Positions 8,418 through 16,362 of a DNA stretch of 29,710 nucleotides are shown piece by piece. The notes under the pieces are model-generated. The model did not search any database and had not been told where the DNA came from. It was given only the letters and a program-made list of their open reading frames with translations. Location: contig CAZCAP010000010.1 of the NCBI GenBank assembly GCA_964496765.1, positions 1-29,710 on the forward strand, in the 5' to 3' direction. The stretch is from an uncultured archaeon (GTDB lineage Archaea > Iainarchaeota > Iainarchaeia > Iainarchaeales > CSSED10-239). Position 1 is the stretch's first letter, and each line of letters starts with the position of its first letter. The translations under genes were made by a program, and so were the position numbers.

Positions 8418-9284
8418 TTATTTTGATATTATTTCCCAATGCCCACCTTTGTCTGGACCTACTCTTCTTATCTTACCTTCAAATCTCAACTTAGATATTT
8501 GTTTTTCTATTGCTCTGGAACTTATCTTCAAATCAATAGACAACTCTCTTGCTGTAATTAAAGAATTTACTTTAATTAATGCTAATATTTTCTCCGAACT
8601 TTTCTCCGAACTTTTCTCCGAACGGTTCTCCACAGTTTCTTTTGAACTTATTTTTCTTTTAAATACAACTATGAACTGACTTCCTACTTCTTTAAACTCA
8701 GTTTCTGGTTCTTTTGATAATATTAGATTTATTCCTCTTCCCCATCGTTCAACATAATGAACAAGATGAAATAATTCAGCAATTTTTTCATTTCTTCTTT
8801 CAGAAACAAGCTCAGTTCTTATTTTTTTTATTGTAAGTCCATGATACAGAAGACCGGGGCTCCTTACTTCCACTCTATTTTTGAAAATTACAATATTCAC
8901 TGAATCATATTTCCAATAATCTCTATGACAAAATGCATTAATTATCTTAACACTTATATTTATTGCTGTTTTAGTTTTTAAAACACCAGAAATCATTGCA
9001 ACCCCTTGCTCTGTAAAAACACTAGGGCTAGCTCCCCCTAAATACATCTTGGATGGTATCACATTTTGTGATACCATTAAATCTATTTCTCTTGAATTTA
9101 ATTTAAACATGAATTCCTTTGGAAATCTTGAAATATTTCTTTTAACTGCTTGATTTAAAGTTCTAGTATCTACTTTATAAAACAAAGCTAAATCTTTATC
9201 AAGTATAACTTGTTGATTTCTAATAATATGTATCTTTTGTTTTATATTATTTTTATTTAAAACAACTAAATTACTTTCAACCAT
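8418..9284 (-). CDS. Chimeric protein: ORF6N DNA-binding domain fused to RecG/AlbA_2-type C-terminal ATPase fragment plus wHTH
   Basis: ORF6N part (VILDKDLALFYKVDTRTLNQAVKRNISRFPKEFMFKL...FTEQGVAMISGVL) joined at IINAF to CHRDYWKYDSVNIVIFKNRVEVRSPGLL...RNEKIAELFHLVHYVERWGRGI. Confidence 0.8.
   Translation of the reverse strand: MVESNLVVLNKNNIKQKIHIIRNQQVILDKDLALFYKVDTRTLNQAVKRNISRFPKEFMFKLNSREIDLMVSQNVIPSKMYLGGASPSVFTEQGVAMISGVLKTKTAINISVKIINAFCHRDYWKYDSVNIVIFKNRVEVRSPGLLYHGLTIKKIRTELVSERRNEKIAELFHLVHYVERWGRGINLILSKEPETEFKEVGSQFIVVFKRKISSKETVENRSEKSSEKSSEKILALIKVNSLITARELSIDLKISSRAIEKQISKLRFEGKIRRVGPDKGGHWEIISK
8588..8623. repeat. 12-nt tandem repeat, 3 copies of TTTTCTCCGAAC plus a partial copy, encoding SEKS repeats
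   Basis: Direct reading; corresponds to RSEKSSEKSSEK in the ORF6N-chimera. Confidence 0.85.
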
Positions 9285-9291
9285 CTTCTAA

Positions 9292-9354
9292 TCACCAGAT
9301 ATATTATAGTAATTGTGGTGTATATCTCTTTTGGGAGGGGATAGCTGTCCAAGC
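9292..9354 (-). promoter_or_regulatory. Repeated structured leader, copy E4
   Basis: GCTTGGACAGCTATCCCCTCCCAAAAGAGATATACACCACAATTACTATAATATATCTGGTGA then TTAGAAG-ATG (9284). Confidence 0.8.
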
Positions 9355-9512
9355 AACACTATAGGATTAATAATCGTATTTTGAAAGGATATCCTGTATT
9401 ATCTTCTTAATCTTCTTGACATAGATTTTGATGAAAGGGGTATATATATTGAATATATAATATAATGAGAAGTAATGCAATATAAAATTTTACTAAATTT
9501 AAAACAATTAAA

Positions 9513-10274
9513 TTAATCAACTATTTTATTTATTACTTTATTTACAATATCTATATTTATTCTTAATATGTTAGAAACTTGTTTTAATTCATCTTGATTA
9601 ATAATCTTTTTAAGTTTTAATATTCTTTCTTTAATTGCATTCTCTTTCACAAATAAAGTTAAATTGTTTGTGTTTTCTCCAGAATATAAGCAGATTGCAA
9701 CAATATCACAATAATCTTTAACTCTTTTATGATCTTTAGTTCTATTTACTATAGCATTAATTTTTGTAGTTAATAATAGGTATGGAGAGGGTAACCACAA
9801 TTTCTTTCTAAATTCAATTAATTCTGTTCTATATTTTTTACTTGCAAAAACTAATTTAATTAAAGGTTCATCAACAGGAACAAATCCAAGTTCTTTTTCT
9901 ATTTTTGAATTAGTTGCAGAAATTATTAAATCAATATACATTGAAAAAATATTATATATTGGAATAATCATAGATTCTTTTTTTGTTAATTCTTTACCTG
10001 TCTCATAACTAATTTCTTTTAAATACCTAAAGCTTATAAATTCAAATCCCTCTTTTTCTAAAATTATGCTTGTTTCTTTAAAAGATTCTACATTATTAAA
10101 TCCTAAATCTACATCTCTAGAACCAATATAATTAACTCCAAATTCTTTTTTATAGTTTTTATTTACTGTAAAATAAGTTGCCCATCCACCTATAATTATA
10201 ATTGGTTCTTGTAGTTTGGATATTATTGATTTCAAATATTTATAACTTATATCAGTTTCTCTTTTGTCGTACAT
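9513..10274 (-). CDS. AbiEii-like nucleotidyltransferase (putative toxin of a type IV-like TA pair)
   Basis: IIIIGGWATYFTVNK...YIGSRDVDLGF nucleotidyltransferase signature; downstream of and overlapping an HTH partner. Confidence 0.65.
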   Translation of the reverse strand: MYDKRETDISYKYLKSIISKLQEPIIIIGGWATYFTVNKNYKKEFGVNYIGSRDVDLGFNNVESFKETSIILEKEGFEFISFRYLKEISYETGKELTKKESMIIPIYNIFSMYIDLIISATNSKIEKELGFVPVDEPLIKLVFASKKYRTELIEFRKKLWLPSPYLLLTTKINAIVNRTKDHKRVKDYCDIVAICLYSGENTNNLTLFVKENAIKERILKLKKIINQDELKQVSNILRINIDIVNKVINKIVD

Positions 10275-10851
10275 ATTTATCTATCAAAATATTATATGCT
10301 TCTATACATACTCCACCTTCACGTTTAAGATCAATCAATAATTGTGGAATAGACACAATTTTATAATTATCAATCTTTTTAGATTCATTTAATATTTTTT
10401 CATCTTCTAAAACAATTAATACTAAATTACCTTTTCCTATTAATGCATTATCTTTTAATAATTTCATCCAGACCATAATATCTTTTTTAGATATGTATAA
10501 TTCAAACTTATTAGGAAATAAATGATGATTCACTATATTCTCTGCAATATATGTTGTAAAAGCATAATCTAGTTTTGTTTTTTTAAAAAAATTCATTGGA
10601 TTTGAAAGATGATAATAATATTTTTTTAATTTATGGGTATCTATTTTAATATAATAATCTATTAATTTATTTAAGTCAATAACAGTTGTACCTGTAACTA
10701 ATTTTTGTTGTTCTAGTTTGTGTATAACTTGTATTACTCTTGGTGTTGAACAACCCACAATCTTTGCAATTCTATATTTTGTTAAAGACCCTGTAGGATT
10801 ATCTAAAAGTGTTCTAATTATTCTTAATTGTTTAATATTTCTTGCAAGCAT
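10252..10851 (-). CDS. AbiEi-like winged-HTH partner (putative antitoxin); start refined to MLARNIKQ
   Basis: N-terminal wHTH (SLTKYRIAKIVGCSTPRVIQVIHKLEQQKLV) and C-terminal VSIPQLLIDLKREGGVCIEAYNIL; TTTAAATA box about 30 nt upstream of ATG at 10851. Confidence 0.6.
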   Translation of the reverse strand: MLARNIKQLRIIRTLLDNPTGSLTKYRIAKIVGCSTPRVIQVIHKLEQQKLVTGTTVIDLNKLIDYYIKIDTHKLKKYYYHLSNPMNFFKKTKLDYAFTTYIAENIVNHHLFPNKFELYISKKDIMVWMKLLKDNALIGKGNLVLIVLEDEKILNESKKIDNYKIVSIPQLLIDLKREGGVCIEAYNILIDKYVRQKRN

Positions 10852-10986
10852 ACCATATATAAGTAACAAAAGGTATTTAAATACTTTCCTTACCTATAAG
10901 CAACTACATGATATTATAAACATTATTTATATATTATTAATTAAACATTTTTTTGCTTGTAATTATTATTAATTTACTCATAAATA

Positions 10987-11048
10987 TCACTATAAATATA
11001 TGATTATTTGTTTATATATCCCCTTCGGGAGGGGGTACGTGGCCAAGC
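10987..11048 (-). promoter_or_regulatory. Repeated structured leader, copy E5 (orphan)
   Basis: GCTTGGCCACGTACCCCCTCCCGAAGGGGATATATAAACAAATAATCATATATTTATAGTGA followed only by a short ORF (MSKLIIITSKKMFN*). Confidence 0.7.
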
Positions 11049-11060
11049 ATCATTTGATGC
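11047..11060. repeat. Inverted repeat GCATCATTTGATGC overlapping the distal end of E5
   Basis: 6-nt perfect arms, 2-nt loop; 3' of the RhuM gene. Confidence 0.6.
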
Positions 11061-11077
11061 AAACTACAAAAAACGAA

Positions 11078-12097
11078 TTATTTTTTCTTCGTTAATATTA
11101 GTCTTTTTGTTTCTTTATCAAAATCAGATTCAAAAAGCTTATCTTGAACTAGTCTATATTTTTCAAATTCTTTTTCTGCAAAATGTTTTGCAATCTCGTT
11201 TGTTACTTTACCTGAATTATTTAAAATATCTCTATCATTAAATTTTAAAAATGCATTAAGCTTTTTTGACCAATCACTCATAGTTACTGGCACACCTCTT
11301 TTTGCTTGGTCTTCTGCATAATCAAGATACATTGTTACAATTCTATTTAATGATTCAATTTCTTTCTTATTTAAATAGTTCTTAGCAATACCAACATCAC
11401 TTTTTATTATTTTTCCATTAGGTACTTTCTTCCAAGTAGTTAAACCCATGTGTTCTTTTTCTTTATTTGCTCTAGTCATAATTAGTTCAGCAGCAGTATT
11501 TCCATGAACTGCAAAATGTAATTTATTTTGAACTACTGAGAAAAACTCTCTTGTTAATTCATCATCTTTATTATAATCAATTGAGGTGGAATAAATATCT
11601 GTTATTTTTTGATAAAAATGTCTTTCACTAGCTCTAATCTCTCTAATCTCTAATAATAAATCATCAAAATATTTTCTATTTAAGAAAGTACCATTTTTTA
11701 ATCTTTCAGAATCAAGAACGTATCCTTTTATTGCAAATTCTTTTAGAATCTTTGTAGCCCAGATTCTAAATTTAGTTGCTTTGGTTGAATTTATTCTATA
11801 TCCAACAGAGATTATTGCATCTAGATTATAAAAATTGGTATTATATCTTTTCCCGTCACTTGCAGTTATTAGGAATTTCCTAATAACTGAATCTTCGTGC
11901 AATTCATTTGAAAGGAATATGTTTTTTAGATGTTCATTGATTGTTGCAATATTAACTTCAAATAATTTTGACATCATCTTTTGACTTAACCAAATATTTT
12001 CATCTTCGAATTTCACTTCAATACCATCTTCTCCTGCTTGAGAAGTAAATATTAAAAATTCAGCTGTGCTATTTCTTATAGTTAATTTATTATCCAT
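11078..12097 (-). CDS. RhuM family (virulence protein RhuM-like) protein; ATG start at 12097 preferred
   Basis: IWLSQKMMSKLFEVNIATINEHLKNIF...ASDGKRYNTNFYNLDAIISVGYRINSTKATKFRIWATKILKEFAIKGYVLD. Confidence 0.88.
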   Translation of the reverse strand: MDNKLTIRNSTAEFLIFTSQAGEDGIEVKFEDENIWLSQKMMSKLFEVNIATINEHLKNIFLSNELHEDSVIRKFLITASDGKRYNTNFYNLDAIISVGYRINSTKATKFRIWATKILKEFAIKGYVLDSERLKNGTFLNRKYFDDLLLEIREIRASERHFYQKITDIYSTSIDYNKDDELTREFFSVVQNKLHFAVHGNTAAELIMTRANKEKEHMGLTTWKKVPNGKIIKSDVGIAKNYLNKKEIESLNRIVTMYLDYAEDQAKRGVPVTMSDWSKKLNAFLKFNDRDILNNSGKVTNEIAKHFAEKEFEKYRLVQDKLFESDFDKETKRLILTKKK

Positions 12098-12154
12098 AAA
12101 ATCCACCAATCTATAAATAATATCTTAAAATCTGTATTTAAAGCTTTCCCAACC

Positions 12155-12165
12155 TCGTGACCAAG
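12155..12165 (-). other. Degenerate 5' trace of the repeated leader, copy E6 (GCTTGGTCACG)
   Basis: Matches first part of the leader, correct position and orientation upstream of the RhuM gene, then diverges. Confidence 0.4.
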
Positions 12166-12178
12166 CATCATCATAGGA

Positions 12179-12748
12179 TTAATAATCATGTCCTGGACAA
12201 AGAATCTTATAGTCAATTGCTTTTAATTTTTGTAAACTTTGTTTCATGCTTGATGGAACAGAAGTTGGTAGATCATATCTTCCTATATTGCCATTGAAGA
12301 AAAGAGTATCTCCAGAAAAAAGAATCTTTTCTTGTTTATCAAATATACACATCCCCCCTATTGTATGACCAGGAGTTTCAAGAATGAGAAATCTCTGAAA
12401 AGGAAGCTTGATTGATGAGATATTCTTTATCTTACAATTAAATATCTTTGATAGAGAAGAATCAAGAATACTCCCTTCTCTATTTTCTTTTAGAGCTTTT
12501 ATTTCTTTTCCTGAAGCAAAGAAATTTGCTTTAGTAAAAATATCAAAATTACCTATATGATCATAATGTAGATGAGTAAAAATAACCTGCTTTATATCTG
12601 TTGGTTGAAAGACAGAAATAGAATCAGAAAGAATCTCATCTCTGTCAACTCTATCTCCAGCATCAATTAGAGTTTGAAACTCTGATAAATAAAAGATATT
12701 AGATGAGTTTGATATTTTATAAATTCCTTCACAGATTTTTTTAAGCAT
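12179..12748 (-). CDS. MBL-fold hydrolase (glyoxalase II-like)
   Basis: THLHYDHIGNFD, TPGHTIGGMCI, FSGDTLF, CPGHDY motifs. Confidence 0.9.
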   Translation of the reverse strand: MLKKICEGIYKISNSSNIFYLSEFQTLIDAGDRVDRDEILSDSISVFQPTDIKQVIFTHLHYDHIGNFDIFTKANFFASGKEIKALKENREGSILDSSLSKIFNCKIKNISSIKLPFQRFLILETPGHTIGGMCIFDKQEKILFSGDTLFFNGNIGRYDLPTSVPSSMKQSLQKLKAIDYKILCPGHDY

Positions 12749-12776
12749 AACTGTCCAACAAATATAACAACTTTAT

Positions 12777-14483
12777 TTAATGAGTAAACCAGAAGTTGTA
12801 TATCTTCTTTCCTTTGTTTTCTTTATCTTCTTCTATACTATCTAGCCTACAGAAACCAAACCTCTCAAACTGGATAATATCTCCAACCTTTAGAGCTTCT
12901 ATGTGCTTTTCTGCTATTCCTGTTAGAAGGGAATGATCTGGCTTGAAGATGGTTGCTTTAACAAGCTGAGAATCATCAACAGGAAGGAAATGAATTATCT
13001 TCTTGTCTGGTTCTTCTTCATTCTTAAAATCAATGTATTCTTGACTTCTGAAATGATTTACATCTTGAGCATAAATGAAATTAATATTATCCATTAGTCT
13101 AACAAAGTTTCCATCTCTAAATGAATCTTTATCAAATCTTTCAATGTAATAGTTTCCATTGGATTTGAAATCTCTTGTTCCTAAATCTAGATTTGGATGA
13201 ACTCTTAAATGATATTCTCTCTTTGGATCATCAAGAACATTTATTTCAACTGGATCAGCAATAAAGAAGAATCTCTTTGCACTATCATTAAGTACTCTCT
13301 TATTATACTTGATAAGAGTATCCCAGGTTATTAGAGAACCACTAGATTTTGTTATTCCTGATTCTATTACCATTTGTTTAATTGCTTCAGGAGTGAACCC
13401 TCTTCTCTTTAATGCTCTTAGAGTTGGAAGAGATGGATCATCCCAGCCTATTAGCTCACCTGAATTAACTTTATCTCTAATATCTCTTCCACTTGCAAGC
13501 ATTCCTTCTAAATTAAATCTTGCAAACTCATAGGTATAGGTATCATATAATCCTAATTTATTTCTAATGTAATGATGAAGCTCTGATGCCATTTCAAACT
13601 CAACTGTTCTTAGTCTATGTGTGATATTAAAGTAACCATCAAGAACAGCATTTTGAAAATCATAGGCAGGATAATTTCTATGCTTGTAACCAATTCTTGG
13701 ATGCTCGCAATCAATTATTCTGAAAATGGTTGGATCTCTCATTCTTGTGTTCTTATGTTTTAAATCTATTTTTAATCTAAGAGATGCTTTCCCTTCTGGA
13801 TAGCTTTCCATTTCCTTCCAATAGATTAGATTTTGTTCAGGAGATGCAAATCTACAATCACATGCTTCTTTTTTTTCTCTTAACTCACTCATTTTGTCAG
13901 GATTACAAAAACAAACATAGGCTTGACCTTTGAGTATTAGTTTTTCTGCTTGTTCCTTAAGCATATCAATGTAATCTGATGCAAAAACTAATTCATCCCA
14001 TTCTATTCCTAGCCATTTGAAGTCCTCCTGTGATATTTCATAGAATTCATTTTTAACAAGTCTTGGATTAGTGTCTTCAAATCTTAATTGGAACTTACCA
14101 TTATATTGTTTTGCAAGAAGATAATTAAGAAGAACTGATTTTGCATGACCAATATGAAAATACTTTTCTGGACCTGGTGGAAATGCAGACTTAACCTTAT
14201 CTCCTGGATTGATATGCATGAATGCATATATGTTTCTATCTTCCTTTTCTTTCTTTTCCAATAGTTCAGGAGCAAGCTTTTCAATTTCCTTTTCCTGTTC
14301 ATCAATGGATAAACTATTTATTTCTGAGATTAGAGGAGCAAGAATATCTGATAATTCTTTTCTTTTATCTCTCCATTCAGGAAATCTAGATATAACTGCA
14401 CCAAGTGCAAACTTAATATCTGCTTTTCCTTTATGTTTGTATGCGTTCTCAAGAACAATTATTTTAAATGTATTATCCACCAT
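12777..14483 (-). CDS. gltX: Glutamyl-tRNA synthetase, archaeal type
   Basis: FPPGPEKYFHIGHAKSVLLNYLLAKQYNGKFQLRFEDTNP; C-terminal anticodon-binding beta barrel typical of GlxRS. Confidence 0.93.
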   Translation of the reverse strand: MVDNTFKIIVLENAYKHKGKADIKFALGAVISRFPEWRDKRKELSDILAPLISEINSLSIDEQEKEIEKLAPELLEKKEKEDRNIYAFMHINPGDKVKSAFPPGPEKYFHIGHAKSVLLNYLLAKQYNGKFQLRFEDTNPRLVKNEFYEISQEDFKWLGIEWDELVFASDYIDMLKEQAEKLILKGQAYVCFCNPDKMSELREKKEACDCRFASPEQNLIYWKEMESYPEGKASLRLKIDLKHKNTRMRDPTIFRIIDCEHPRIGYKHRNYPAYDFQNAVLDGYFNITHRLRTVEFEMASELHHYIRNKLGLYDTYTYEFARFNLEGMLASGRDIRDKVNSGELIGWDDPSLPTLRALKRRGFTPEAIKQMVIESGITKSSGSLITWDTLIKYNKRVLNDSAKRFFFIADPVEINVLDDPKREYHLRVHPNLDLGTRDFKSNGNYYIERFDKDSFRDGNFVRLMDNINFIYAQDVNHFRSQEYIDFKNEEEPDKKIIHFLPVDDSQLVKATIFKPDHSLLTGIAEKHIEALKVGDIIQFERFGFCRLDSIEEDKENKGKKIYNFWFTH

Positions 14484-14487
14484 AGTT

Positions 14488-14764
14488 AATCATATTTTCT
14501 ATTATAAATATTATCTCTGTGATCAAAATATCTAAACAAAACTATACTTTATGATTTCAAATATTGAAAAATCAAAACATATTTTTCTGAAATGTGCACT
14601 CTTTTAAATTGTTGTAAAGGATAACAAAGATTTTTATAGTGGTCAATATTTTCTGATTTCATAATCTCATTAATTTTTTTCAATATTTGGGTGTATAGTT
14701 TGTTATCCTTTTTATTAAGTTTTTCGAAAATGGTTGTTAATTCTTCATGAAACCTAAAATTCAT
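14488..14764 (-). pseudogene. RelE-like toxin with an in-frame TAA stop (ORF 14549..14764, residual frame to about 14488)
   Basis: ORF ends ...KRVHISEKYVLIFQYLKS*; same frame continues SIVLFRYFDHRDNIYNRKYD, matching the RelE-type C-terminal DHHDxIY pattern. Confidence 0.65.
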
Positions 14765-15030
14765 TTATTCCCCTTCTTCTTTATAAAATTATTAAGATCT
14801 TTTGTGGATTTAAATACTCTGTAATCTGATGCTTTATCTTTTTTTGAATCACGTAAGACTCTTTCTATAAATTCAGGTCTTAGTTCTGGTTCTAATTGAT
14901 TCTCTGCATAATATCTAACAACAACAGAAATGGTTTCTGCTTTGTTTTTTAAATTGTTTTTTGCTTTAATAATATTCAAGGTTTGATTTATGTTGGTTGG
15001 TAAATCAAGTAAAGTTTTCATATATATCAC
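14761..15030 (-). CDS. RelB/DUF2683-like ribbon-helix-helix antitoxin
   Basis: MKTLLDLPTNINQTLNIIKAKNNLKNKAETISVVVRYYAENQLEPELRPEFI; 4-nt overlap with RelE-like gene. Confidence 0.7.
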   Translation of the reverse strand: MIYMKTLLDLPTNINQTLNIIKAKNNLKNKAETISVVVRYYAENQLEPELRPEFIERVLRDSKKDKASDYRVFKSTKDLNNFIKKKGNK

Positions 15031-15177
15031 CTATAAATATTATATATAGAAATATTAATAAATGTTAGTGATTGTTAACAATTGTTAATAGTTGTTAACA
15101 ATTAGCTAAAAAAGAAAAATTAGGAATTTATTTGGATAACTAAAATAAAAAGAAAAAGAGATAACTAAATTATCTCT

Positions 15178-16272
15178 TTAGAAATCATCAAGCCAACCAG
15201 CTGTTTTATTTATTTTTCTTTTAAAAAATAACCCTACATTTTCTGGATTTCTTGCCTGATGATACTTGAAATACATATATTTATCATCCACACCCAAGAT
15301 CTCAATCTTACCTGTTTCATGGGACATTGCAAACTTAAATCTTTTTGCTGGTCCAGACAATAATTTTCTTGTGTTTTTAACAATTTCCTGAGCTTTATAG
15401 AGTGGTAATTGAAAATGATGCTTAACTCTAGAAACTGGCCTGCATTGGAATACATAATATGGAATAACCCCAATTCCTGTTAATCTCATCATCAACTCAG
15501 ATAAGGTTTTTGGATTATCATTAACATCCTTCATTAGAACAGTTTGATTATTAACTATTATATTTGAGTTATATAATGCACTAATTCCTTTGATTGCTTC
15601 TTTTGTAATCTCATTTGGATGATTAAAGTGGGTTACAACATATATTCTTCTATCAATTCTAGAATACTTTTTAAAAACAGCTAATAACTTTTTATCTTTA
15701 TAAATTCTTTCAGGTAGAACAACAGGTATTCTTGAGCCAATTCTAATAAATCTAAGATGTTTAACTGAGCTTAGCTTTTTTAAAAAGGTTTCAATTATCT
15801 TAGTTGGAAGTGTTAACGGATCTCCACCGGATATTAAAACATTTGTAATGTTTTTATTATTTTTAATATATTTAACTGCTTCATCAAATCGTTTAATAAT
15901 TTCTGTGTTTGGAAGCCCAACTAATCTTTTTCTAAAACAAAATCTACAATAGGCAGAACATTTGTTTGTTGAAAGTATAATTGCGGTCTGTTGATATTTG
16001 TGTTGTAGTCCACTAAGCTTTGTGTTTTTTGCTTCTCCGCTAGTATCAAATGAACCAACTGTGTTTAGTTCTTCAAGAGAAGGAATTATCATCTTTCTAA
16101 TTGGATCTTTTTTGTCTTTCCAATTAATTAAAGAAAAATAGTATTTAGTAACGCACATGGGGTGCATTTCAATTAGATCTTCAAATTTAATTTTATCAGC
16201 TTTAGATATAGTAATATATTTCTTTAAGTCATCCATATTTACTAAATTATCTTTTATCATTTTATTATACAA
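15178..16272 (-). CDS. KamA family radical SAM protein (lysine 2,3-aminomutase-like)
   Basis: STNKCSAYCRFCFRKRLVG (CX3CX2C), NVLISGGDPLTLP, PYYVFQCRPV. Confidence 0.9.
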   Translation of the reverse strand: MYNKMIKDNLVNMDDLKKYITISKADKIKFEDLIEMHPMCVTKYYFSLINWKDKKDPIRKMIIPSLEELNTVGSFDTSGEAKNTKLSGLQHKYQQTAIILSTNKCSAYCRFCFRKRLVGLPNTEIIKRFDEAVKYIKNNKNITNVLISGGDPLTLPTKIIETFLKKLSSVKHLRFIRIGSRIPVVLPERIYKDKKLLAVFKKYSRIDRRIYVVTHFNHPNEITKEAIKGISALYNSNIIVNNQTVLMKDVNDNPKTLSELMMRLTGIGVIPYYVFQCRPVSRVKHHFQLPLYKAQEIVKNTRKLLSGPAKRFKFAMSHETGKIEILGVDDKYMYFKYHQARNPENVGLFFKRKINKTAGWLDDF

Positions 16273-16362
16273 ATTATCACCTCTTTTTTTGAAAATGTTT
16301 TCTTTTTAAAAGATAGGAACTTATCCTATTGTTTGAAAATATTTTATTCGTATTTAAATAAA

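Noticed and set aside
6013-9354. Idea that the repeated leader (read on + strand: GGGAGGGTAGCTGTCCAAGC) is a 5' tRNA-Leu/Ser fragment, i.e. insertion into tRNA genes
   Set aside because: CCAAGC and TAGCT resemble D-arm sequence, but no matching anticodon arm, T-arm or 3' acceptor follows at any copy.
11008-11241. ORF MFIYPLREGVRGQASFDANY...
   Set aside because: Runs antisense through leader E5 and the end of RhuM; spurious.
12098-12109. TTG start for the RhuM gene (MVDFMDNK...)
   Set aside because: The ATG at 12097 has GGTGG 6-7 nt upstream, so the upstream TTG is less likely.
6013-12165. CRISPR array or integron attC array
   Set aside because: Repeats are separated by full genes of unequal length, not spacers. 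No attC core RYYYAAC/GTTRRRY pair, no integrase gene and no cas gene is visible.
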